Made by a program: the position numbers and the translations under genes. The notes below the pieces were generated by a model that saw only the letters and a program-made list of their open reading frames with translations, ran no database searches and was not told the origin of the DNA. A DNA stretch of 64,000 nt, from the IMG/VR virus record IMGVR_UViG_3300021559_000316; one strand, written 5' to 3'. Shown here in pieces: positions 1 through 8,700 of the stretch. Source of the stretch: an uncultured virus (IMG/VR IMGVR_UViG_3300021559_000316). Taxonomy: Duplodnaviria; Heunggongvirae; Uroviricota; Caudoviricetes. Within the stretch, counting starts at the first letter, position 1; every line of letters starts with the position of its first letter.

Positions 1-121
1 GGCGTTCGGGTACACCAGGAGCATCGTCCGCATCGCGCGCATCCTGTGAAGCGCGGCAAGGTCGGGCGACAGAAGAGACACGGGCCGAAGATGCTACGCC
101 GCCGGTACGTCATCGGGCGCG

Positions 122-1699
122 TTGACGTACCCGTTTGCTAAGGTGTCCGCGGTGCTCAAGCCCTCGCGTCGCCCCGACTGGTTCACCACGGACCAGGAGA
201 CCGCAGCCAAGCTCGGGAACGGCGTGCCGGGCATCAAGTTCGTAGAGCGTTCCAGGGGTTGGGAGATCCATCGCAGCCACCTGCCGCTGCTCGATGATCC
301 GCAAGCACGCGAGATCATTATGTCTTCGCCGCAGCCCGATTGGGCGGCGCGCGATCTCGCGACCGCGGATCGCAAGTTCAAGCTGCGCAACGTGCAGCAC
401 GCCGCGGTCGACTTCATCACGCGGCGCCGCGGCACGCTCCTCGGCGACGATCCGCGCGTCGGCAAGACGCTCGCCGCGATCATGAGCCACGATCCGAGCA
501 CGGGGCCGCTCGTCGTGATCTGCCCGGCGATGGTGCGTCCGGTGTGGCTCGGCTGGCTCGGCAAGGTGTTCCCCGACGAGCCCGTCGGCGTGTTCGTCGG
601 CCGCGAGTTCGACCACAAGGTCGTGCAGCACAAGCTCATCGTCGGGCACTACGACATCTTGGCGTGGTGGCAGTCGGCGCGGCCGATCGGGACGATCGTG
701 TTCGACGAGGCGCACACGCTCACCAATCGTGCGTCGCGCCGATCGAAGGCGGCGATCTTCCTCGCGACCCGCGCCAGCCGCGTGATCTGCGCGACCGGCA
801 CACCGATCTGGAACATGCCGACGGATCTGTGGAACGTGCTCGGGCTCGTTGCGCCGGACGCGTTCGGCGGCTTCCACGAGTTCGCGCAGCGCTACGGGCT
901 GCCGATCCCGTCGGCGTACGGCACCAAGTACACCGGGATCTCTAACGAGCAGGAGCTACGAGCGCGGCTTTCGGAGGTGATGATCCGGCGCAGGTGGGTC
1001 GACGTCGCCGACGATCTGCCGCCGATCTCGCGCAATGTGTCGCTCGTCCAGCTCGACGATTCCGAGACGCGTCGGCTCGATCTCATGGCGGCCGAGATCG
1101 TGTCCGACAGGGCCCGTGCGACGACGATCGGGCTCCTATCGCGCTACCGCGCCAAGATCTCCCACATCAAGGGCCCCGTCGCCGTTCGCGAGGCGTGCGC
1201 GATGCTCGACCGCGGCGAGCCCGTCGTCATCTGGACGTGGCACCGCGAGCTGGCAGAGAGCATCGCGGCTGATCTCGGCGAGCGCGCGTTCCTCGTCACC
1301 GGCGACGTCGTGACGAGCAAGCGCGACGCGGCGATCGCAGCGTGGAACGCGCACCCGGCTGCTGCGCTCGTGTGCACGATGGCGGTCGCGCAGGTCGGCC
1401 TCGATTTCTCCCACGCGCACCTAGCGATCTTCGCCGAGATCGACTACACGCCCGCGATCTTGGCGCAGGCCGAGATGCGTACGTACGCGCCGACGCGGCC
1501 GATGAACATCACCTACGTCGTCGCGAACCACATGATCGATCAGCGCATCGTGGTCGCGCTCACCAAGAAGCTCGACGCGTCGAACCCGTTGGGCGTCGGC
1601 GCGGCCAGCGAGACGATCTTCGCGCTCGACGTCACCCTGAACGGCCCCGTCGAAGAACCCGACATGGATCGGCTGCTAGCTGATATCTTGTCGTCGTAG
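122..1699 (+). CDS. SNF2/HARP-like SF2 helicase
   Basis: Motif I GDDPRVGKT, Ia VICPA, II DEAH, III ATGTP, V QVGLDF, VI QAEMRTY; TTG start uncertain. Confidence 0.9.
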   Translation: MTYPFAKVSAVLKPSRRPDWFTTDQETAAKLGNGVPGIKFVERSRGWEIHRSHLPLLDDPQAREIIMSSPQPDWAARDLATADRKFKLRNVQHAAVDFITRRRGTLLGDDPRVGKTLAAIMSHDPSTGPLVVICPAMVRPVWLGWLGKVFPDEPVGVFVGREFDHKVVQHKLIVGHYDILAWWQSARPIGTIVFDEAHTLTNRASRRSKAAIFLATRASRVICATGTPIWNMPTDLWNVLGLVAPDAFGGFHEFAQRYGLPIPSAYGTKYTGISNEQELRARLSEVMIRRRWVDVADDLPPISRNVSLVQLDDSETRRLDLMAAEIVSDRARATTIGLLSRYRAKISHIKGPVAVREACAMLDRGEPVVIWTWHRELAESIAADLGERAFLVTGDVVTSKRDAAIAAWNAHPAAALVCTMAVAQVGLDFSHAHLAIFAEIDYTPAILAQAEMRTYAPTRPMNITYVVANHMIDQRIVVALTKKLDASNPLGVGAASETIFALDVTLNGPVEEPDMDRLLADILSS

Positions 1700-1705
1700 G
1701 CAGCC

Positions 1706-1999
1706 ATGGAACACGAACGTACCAACGGCCACGATCTCGACGCGTTCTGGATCAAGCACAACGACTTCATCGAGCGGATCTACAAGAAGCACCCCGGGCT
1801 TCGGAAGCTACGACCACAAGGTTGGACGTACGACGAGAAGGTGACGTTCTTCATCCAGGAGCCGACGCGGATCCACGCCCACTGGCAGCTCGTCATCAAC
1901 GACATCGAGCTGCGCGAAGAGGCCAGGCCCCTGATCGCGCCGCTGCGGCCGAAGTACAACGGTATCGACGGTGTGCTCGTGCTGTCTCCGGTTCAGTAG
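1706..1999 (+). CDS. hypothetical protein
   Basis: ATG 6 nt after the helicase stop; GC3-rich codon usage. Confidence 0.65.
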   Translation: MEHERTNGHDLDAFWIKHNDFIERIYKKHPGLRKLRPQGWTYDEKVTFFIQEPTRIHAHWQLVINDIELREEARPLIAPLRPKYNGIDGVLVLSPVQ

Positions 2000-2035
2000 C
2001 GCTCGACTGTCGTACCCCCCGCGTACATTCGGCGC

Positions 2036-3061
2036 GTGGCCCGATCAACGACCTGTTTGCTCTGCGATGCAGAGCTGGAAGCCCTGCCCGACGGGCTACA
2101 GAAGCACCCGGAGGTCGGTGATTGCGACGTGCGGCTCACCGACGCCTGGGGCGTCGCGGTGCCGGTGCCCGAGACCAACGGCGTCGAGCACGATCCGCCG
2201 CAGACGATCGACATCAAGATGTTCCCGCTCGTCGACGAGGTGCTCGACGCGATCTTCGGCGAACGTGGGCTCCGTCGCCTCGGCGGCATGTCGAGCGGCA
2301 AGGGCTGGTCGATGTTCACGACGTACCAGCGGTGCCCGTACCTCTACCAGCAGAAGTACCTCCGTGATCGCAGGCCGCCGATGTTCGTCGAGTCACCGAG
2401 CCTGGCGATCGGCACGCTCGTGCACGTGTTCCTCGCGGTCTTCTACGCGCGGATGGTGATCGGCGACTACCCGTTCACGCCCGAGGAGATCTGCGATCGC
2501 ACCAAGGCCAAGGCGAATCCCGAGTTCGTCGACGAGGCGTGGCGCGTGTTCTCGGCCTACCGCGCGTTCTACAGCATCGAGAAGATCCTGCCGCTCGCGA
2601 TCGAGTACGACCTTCGCGATCCGCGCACCGGCGAGAGCTGCCGCTTCGACCTCATCGCCTACTTCGAAGAGAGCATCGCCGGCCGCCCGCCGGGGACCTA
2701 CGTGATGGAGCACAAGACCGCGAGCCGGTTCGATCAGGACACGCTCGAAGGCTGGGTCGTCGACGGTGAAGTCTTGGGTCAAGTCGCGCTGTGGGAGCGA
2801 CTCGGGCTCGACCTTCGCTTCGGCAAGCTCCGCGGCGTGATCGTGAACCTGCTCGGCAAGCACAAGGTGCCGCAGTTTCACCGCACGCTCGTCGCGCCCG
2901 AGTCGTGGCAGATCAAAAGCCACCTCGACGATCTCAAGCGCTGGGAGGGCCTCATCCAGCTCTCGAAGTCGACCGGTTCGTTTCCTCGTGCTCGCACCGG
3001 CTGCATCGGCCGCTACGGGCGCTGCTCGTTCTTTGATTCCTGTGCCACGGGAGAAGAGTGA
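2036..3061 (+). CDS. Cas4/RecB-like PD-(D/E)xK exonuclease with probable Fe-S cysteine staple
   Basis: CPYLYQQKY, GTLVH, RFD...EHKT nuclease core, C-terminal C-x4-C-x5-C-like cluster (CIGRYGRCSFFDSC). Confidence 0.85.
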   Translation: MARSTTCLLCDAELEALPDGLQKHPEVGDCDVRLTDAWGVAVPVPETNGVEHDPPQTIDIKMFPLVDEVLDAIFGERGLRRLGGMSSGKGWSMFTTYQRCPYLYQQKYLRDRRPPMFVESPSLAIGTLVHVFLAVFYARMVIGDYPFTPEEICDRTKAKANPEFVDEAWRVFSAYRAFYSIEKILPLAIEYDLRDPRTGESCRFDLIAYFEESIAGRPPGTYVMEHKTASRFDQDTLEGWVVDGEVLGQVALWERLGLDLRFGKLRGVIVNLLGKHKVPQFHRTLVAPESWQIKSHLDDLKRWEGLIQLSKSTGSFPRARTGCIGRYGRCSFFDSCATGEE

Positions 3062-3231
3062 TGACCGTTTTGCAAGAGGCGCGTCAATACTTGTATCGAT
3101 ATGGGACGATCACCGACACGACGATCGAGCCCGTCGACTTGATCCGGGACCTCGTCGGCGCGTTGGAACGTGCGCTCGCTGCCAGGAAGAAACCGACGGC
3201 GAGGAGCAAACTGAGCGCGCTCGGACGATGA
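3061..3231 (+). CDS. small hypothetical protein (56 aa, MTVLQEARQYLYRYG...)
   Basis: Read from the sequence; TGATG overlap upstream and ATGA overlap downstream. Confidence 0.55.
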   Translation: MTVLQEARQYLYRYGTITDTTIEPVDLIRDLVGALERALAARKKPTARSKLSALGR

Positions 3232-3548
3232 TCCTCGTCGACGAAGATGTCCTGAACGATCCTGTCTTCCACGCGACGCGGGAGATGGAGACCGATCCGA
3301 CGTTCGTGCCGTGCCGCGACGAGTGCTGCACGGTCCAAGCGCTTCATCGCGAGCACGAGGTCAAGGTCGGTCGCGGTCAGCGGTTCAAGCGTTGCCCGAT
3401 GTGCAACAGCGAGATCATCCGCATCCCCCGAAAGCGCGCCTACTGTTCGAGCCCGATCTGCTCGTGGCGGATCGTCAACCAATCAACGAAGGGAACGAAA
3501 CGTGCGAGAGATCAATCTGAGTCAGCCGACGAACGTCCTGCCCCGTAA
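3228..3548 (+). CDS. small zinc-finger protein
   Basis: CRDECC...LHREH and CPMC...CSSPIC motifs; ATG coupled to the upstream stop. Confidence 0.6.
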   Translation: MILVDEDVLNDPVFHATREMETDPTFVPCRDECCTVQALHREHEVKVGRGQRFKRCPMCNSEIIRIPRKRAYCSSPICSWRIVNQSTKGTKRARDQSESADERPAP

Positions 3549-4392
3549 CACGTTCCTCGTCTACGGAGATTCGCGAACGGGCAAGACGACGTGGGCCGCG
3601 ACGTTCCCGCGTCCGGTGTTCTTCTCGGACGCCACTGAAGGCGGGTGGGACTCGATCGCGAACATGTCCGACGATCAGCTGTTCGAGCCGGGCGTGAAGC
3701 CGCTCGTATGGGCTATTGAAAAAATGGACGATATGGTGACGGCGCGCGCGAAAGCCGAACCGCTCATCGCGTCGGGTCGCATCCAGACGATCGTCACCGA
3801 CAGCATCTCGTACTACTGCGATCTGTTCCTCAACTTCCTCCTGATGGCGCAGGCGAAGAAGGACACGCGATCGGCGTACGGCGACCTCGGCAACCACCTC
3901 CGCGATCTTCGCGTGAAGACCCACATGCTGCCGGTCAACGTGGTGTGGCTCGCTCTCGCGAAGCATCCCGACGACGTGTTCCCCGTCGGTGGGCCGATGA
4001 TCCCGGGCCAGCAGGCCGACAAGTTCATGGCCGGCGTGCACTACATCTTCCACTCGCGCGTTGATCAGCAGAAGCGCGGCCAGGAGCTTCTGCCACCAAC
4101 GTACGAGATGCGAACGAGGAAGTACCTCGGCTACATCGCCGGCAATCGCCTCGGTGGTCGCGCCAACCAGCTCCCCGATCCACTCGTCGGTGATTACCAG
4201 ACGCTCATCGAATCACTGGGCTACAACGCCGACGAGATCCGGAAGAACCTGCCGAAGATCGTTGCCAACGGCTCCGCACCTGCTCCGCAAGCACCGGCCG
4301 TCGTTCCGCAGCCGCGTCCCGTCGTTCAAGCACGTCCGCAAGTCGCTGTCGTGCCTCAGCGCAGGCCCGTGGTGGTGCCGCCGAAGAGCTAG
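3502..4392 (+). CDS. Sak4/AAA_24-like phage recombination ATPase
   Basis: Walker A YGDSRTGKT, DATEGG, Walker B IVTDSIS; lies between nuclease and SSB-like gene. Confidence 0.85.
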   Translation: MREINLSQPTNVLPRNTFLVYGDSRTGKTTWAATFPRPVFFSDATEGGWDSIANMSDDQLFEPGVKPLVWAIEKMDDMVTARAKAEPLIASGRIQTIVTDSISYYCDLFLNFLLMAQAKKDTRSAYGDLGNHLRDLRVKTHMLPVNVVWLALAKHPDDVFPVGGPMIPGQQADKFMAGVHYIFHSRVDQQKRGQELLPPTYEMRTRKYLGYIAGNRLGGRANQLPDPLVGDYQTLIESLGYNADEIRKNLPKIVANGSAPAPQAPAVVPQPRPVVQARPQVAVVPQRRPVVVPPKS

Positions 4393-4467
4393 CAGTCGTC
4401 CGAATGTCGGACCCCCGCTGTACAACCGCAGCTCAACAAGTTCTCTGATCAGAGAAAGGATCTCGCG

Positions 4468-5001
4468 ATGAGTTACCAACCGTTCGAAATCGACATGGAC
4501 CTCACCAACGTGCAGGAGTTCGCCGGTGATGGCGGCGCTCCTCCTGCACTTCCGCCGGGCGAGTACGTCTTCGACGTGGTCGACGTCCAGCAGGGCACGA
4601 GCAAGGCGAGCCAGCCGAAGATCGAAGTCACCTTCGAGTGCGTCGAGGGCCCGTTCACCGGCACGCGCGTCACCAACAACTACTCGCTGCAGCCGCAGGC
4701 CGTCGGGCGCTGGAAGAAGCTCCAGATGGCGTGCGGTGGCCCGCTGAACAAGATCAGCTCGGAGGCCGTGATGGGCGCCCGCCTGCGCGCGGCGATCATC
4801 CACAACGAGGGCCAGCAGCAGAAGAACCCCGACGGCACGTTGAAGGCGGGCCCCGACGGTCAGCCGCTGCCGCCGCGCGTGTTCGCCAACGTGGTGAACG
4901 AGCGCCCGCTCGATCAGCCCGCTGTCGAGCCCGCTGCTCCGCCGCCCGTCACGCGTGGCAAGGCCACGAACGCGACGGCTGGCACCGCCCGCCGCGCGTA
5001 G
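4468..5001 (+). CDS. DUF669-like single-stranded DNA-binding protein
   Basis: LPPGEY...SKASQPKIEVTFECVEGPFTG pattern; SD GAAAGGA; usual nuclease-Sak4-SSB order. Confidence 0.75.
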   Translation: MSYQPFEIDMDLTNVQEFAGDGGAPPALPPGEYVFDVVDVQQGTSKASQPKIEVTFECVEGPFTGTRVTNNYSLQPQAVGRWKKLQMACGGPLNKISSEAVMGARLRAAIIHNEGQQQKNPDGTLKAGPDGQPLPPRVFANVVNERPLDQPAVEPAAPPPVTRGKATNATAGTARRA

Positions 5002-5059
5002 TCGTTACGGGGCAGTTCTACCTCGGTTCCCACCACCTCCGTCGTCGGAGCTGTGCCGT

Positions 5060-5093
5060 ACGAAGAGCGCCGCAAGGCGCTCTTCGTCTTTTC
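5060..5093 (+). terminator. intrinsic terminator
   Basis: 12-bp stem ACGAAGAGCGCC-GCAA-GGCGCTCTTCGT followed by CTTTTC, downstream of the SSB gene. Confidence 0.8.
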
Positions 5094-5096
5094 GGT

Positions 5097-5149
5097 TTCT
5101 CCACAGCCCCTGTGGATAATCGATTTTTTTCCACAGCCTATGTGAATAA
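5097..5149. promoter_or_regulatory. cluster of four DnaA-box-like 9-mers in two inverted pairs (candidate origin or DnaA-binding site)
   Basis: TTCTCCACA 5097-5105, TGTGGATAA 5111-5119, TTTTCCACA 5127-5135, TGTGAATAA 5141-5149, in an AT-rich intergenic gap. Confidence 0.7.
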
Positions 5150-5371
5150 ATTGTGGGCGAAATTTTTCTCTCCAGTGATCTCCGTCGAGCAGATCCCACG
5201 TAGCGTTTTTTCGTTCGAAAAAACTTGCGAGTCAGATGCGTGATTCGCTAGAAGGGCTGAGCGCCCTCGCACATTGTGTCCTGACGGCGCACCTACGAAA
5301 CAGAACCAGGTCGAGCCGGTAACACTTCACAACTAAAAGATCTCCACGAGATCGCCAGGGGGCTGGCTAGC

Positions 5372-5779
5372 ATGTGGTGCCGCGACGAGCGTTGCGATCG
5401 CAACGACCTTCATTTTGCTCACGAAATTTCAACTGATCTGCTCGACGACGACGATGGTCTTCCGTCGAAGAGCACGCGCCCAGCGTGGCAAAGGCCCGCG
5501 AGCAAGGCGTTAGATCACTCGATCGCGAAGGCGACGTCGAAGACGTATCCCAAGCATCTCGACGCGATCCTTCGCGACGTGCAGGACGACTACGGCTCGT
5601 GTGAGTACCGTACGGTCCAGCGCCATCTCGCGCGGCTTGTCGAGCGTGGCCACATCATACGCGTCGATCTCGGGCGCCGGCTCTACGCGTACCTTCGGCC
5701 TGGCTCGTCGCTCGTGCGCGACGTCGAGCTGATGCGCGATCAGATCGAATGCCTGATCGAACAAGCGGCCAACGCGTGA
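5372..5779 (+). CDS. winged-HTH DNA-binding protein with N-terminal Cys/His motif
   Basis: YRTVQRHLARLVERGHIIRV wHTH pattern; N-terminal CRDERC...LHFAH. Confidence 0.7.
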   Translation: MWCRDERCDRNDLHFAHEISTDLLDDDDGLPSKSTRPAWQRPASKALDHSIAKATSKTYPKHLDAILRDVQDDYGSCEYRTVQRHLARLVERGHIIRVDLGRRLYAYLRPGSSLVRDVELMRDQIECLIEQAANA

Positions 5780-5789
5780 GCAGGTAGTC

Positions 5790-8700
5790 GTGGTCGCCGC
5801 GGCGTCGGTATCGCTTCCGCTCCTGCGCGGAACGACCGAAGGCGCCAAGTGCAACGAGTGCCCGTTCTCGATCGGTGGTCGTGCGGCGCGCCCGGTGTGC
5901 TCCGAGCATCCCGCAGAGCCAGCGTGGATCCTCGTCGGTGAGGGTCCCGGCTCGACGGAGGTCGTACTAAATCGTCCTTGGGTCGGGCCCTCGGGCGAGG
6001 TCGTCAACAAGCTGCTCGCGAAGATCGGCCGCGATCGTCGTGAGATTTTCGTCGGCAACGCAACGCTCTGCCAGCCGCCTCGTGGATCGCCAGATCACAT
6101 GCGCGACCTCGCGGCGAAGGCGTGCAAGCCTCGGCTCGACCAAGAGCTGGCGCAGTGGCCCGGTGTTCCCGTGCTCACGCTCGGGGCGGTCGCTGCGCGC
6201 GCTCTGATTCCCCAGGAAACGCTCGACGCGATCGACCCGCCGACGGTCCCCAAGTCGAAGAAACGTAGCCAGAAGGAACGCCAGCGCGCGGAGGCGCGAA
6301 CGCTCGCGCGAGAGGTCCGCGGGCGCGTCAAGGCGATCGAGCAGATCGCCAAGCGCCGGCTCAAGGACAAGATCAAGACGCGCCGTGAGCAGCTAGTCGT
6401 CTCGTGCACGACGCCGCTGCCGGGCACGCCGTATCGGAATCGGAAGCGGCCGACCGTGAGGCAGCTCGACCAGATGATCGAGGACGCGCGCGAGATCCCC
6501 AAGATGAAGCTCCTCGCCGATCGCGAAGCGATCACCGAGTACGAGCTGGGCGACAAGGAACGCGAGATGGCTGCGCAGTACGCGGCGGCGCACCCCAAGC
6601 CGAAGAAGCCGCCCAAGCCCAGGAAGGTGAAGATCACCGACATCATGGGCACGTGCTTCGACGTCGACGTCGACGGCACCGGCGTTCTTCGGCCGCTGAT
6701 CCCGGCGCTGCATCCGGCGGCGCTCTTGCGTGGCGGCGGCGCGACGATCGGTGGCACGCACACGCCCGATCTGGCGTTCGTCAACCTCATCTACGACGCC
6801 GGCAAGGTGAACGCGCTAGCGCAGGGCCACGACATCCGCCTGAAGGTCAACATCGAGACCGAGGTCGTCGACGAGGAGCGCACCGGGCAGCTCTTGCGCG
6901 ACATCATCTACGAAGGCATCGCCGAGGGGATGGTCGCGATCGACCTGGAGACCTACGTCGACGATCCCGAACGCCACCACGCGCTCATGGCGTACGTCGC
7001 ACGGATCAAGGCGATTGGCCTCGCGACCTCGCAGCGTTCGGTGTCGATCCTGTGGAGCAAGACGCCCGCGTGGGCGCAGACGCTCCTGGCGATCGTGCTC
7101 GCGCATCGCGACGTCACCAAGACGTTCCACAACGGCATCTACGATCGCACCGTGCTCACCGCGAACGGCTTTCTGATCGACGGCCCGTGGGAGGACACGC
7201 TGCTCGCGCACCACGCTGCGTTCCCGGGGCTCGCGCATCGCCTGCAGGTGGTGACGTCGCAGTTCTTCGCGACGGCCCCTTGGAAGTGCTTGCGTCGTGA
7301 CGTCGAGATCTTGTTACCGGATCGATCGACCGTGAACATCCGAGACTTCGTGCGCAGGCGGCTACCGGAGGTGTTATCGCTCGAAGACGGGAAGATCGTT
7401 CCGAAGAGGGTGGTCGGGTGGCACGAAGTTCACGTCCCAGGGCAGGAATGGTTATCGATTCGAACGGAGCGCTGCGACAAGAAATACACCCGCGGCCTTG
7501 TTGTAACGCCAGACCATCGCGTGATGACGCAGCGTGGGCTGGTCGAGGCGGATCGACTTGTACCGGGCGATGGCATTGCGATCGACGAGCCTAAGTTCTC
7601 AGAGGATCAGATCTCGGCTGCTGTTGGTACGCTGCTGGGTGACTCGTCGTTGTACGTCAGCCGTGTCTTCCACAAGCGTCCTTGGGACGCGCCACGCGCT
7701 AGCATTCGTGGCGGTCACACGAACAAGGGTCTTCGTGATTGTAAGGTAGCCGCATTGCCACTAGGGACCGTGTGCGGCACCGAACCGGCAGTAGTTCGAC
7801 AGAGCGCCGACGTTACGATCAACGCTGCGGAGTTTTTCCATTACGGGACGAAGTGGGCGTTCCAGTACATGGAGATCGCCAAGCTCGTATACGACGAGAG
7901 CTGGCGTCGCCGTATCAAGCCGGAAGCGCTATCGATGCTCGGGCGCCGTGGGCTTGCCATGATGTACATGGACGACGGAACGCTTCGTCAGGATGGCGCG
8001 TACATCGGTGTCGGGTTCGCCACGAATGGTTTCCTCGATGAAGATGTTGAGCTGTTCACGCAGTGGATTCGTGAGCGTTATGGAGCGGCGACCATCTATC
8101 GGAGCGCGGGGCCTTACTGTCAGCTCTCGGCCGCGGCGTCTCGTAACATGCTCGAAGATCTGCGCGGCTACATCCACCCGTCGAGCCGCTACAAGACGAT
8201 CTACGACGACGCCTACCGAGAGGTTCAAGACGGCGCTGGCGTGTACCACGCCAAGATCACGTCCGTCGATGTTGTGGCCAGGAACGAGAAGCGGCCGGCA
8301 TTGTTCGACTACAGGTATTGCTTGTCCGTCGAGGACACGAAGCTGTTCTTCACGAACTACGGCCTCGTGTCCAACAGCGAGTTCCGAAACGCCGAGGAAA
8401 CGCCCGAGGGGCTCACCGTCTACAACGCCAAGGACACCGGCGCCACGCACGCGCTGCTTCCGCAGCTCCAGTTCTGGGTCAAGAAGACCAAGACCGAGAA
8501 GATCTACGCGCTCGACAAGAAAATGGCCGAGATCGCCTCGAAGATGCACCTAGCGGGCATGCCCGTCAGCCGGGAGATCAACTCCGAGCTGCTCAAGACT
8601 TTCTCGAAGAACGTCGCTGACAGTCGTCGAGCCGTCGAGCACGTCGCCGAGGATCTGAAGCTGCACGAGAAGCTCCTCCACTACCTTGCTCTGCAGCAGG

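Noticed and set aside
2036..3061. Cas4-like gene as evidence of a CRISPR-Cas locus
   Set aside because: No repeat-spacer array or other cas genes; the nuclease-Sak4-SSB order is a standard phage recombination module
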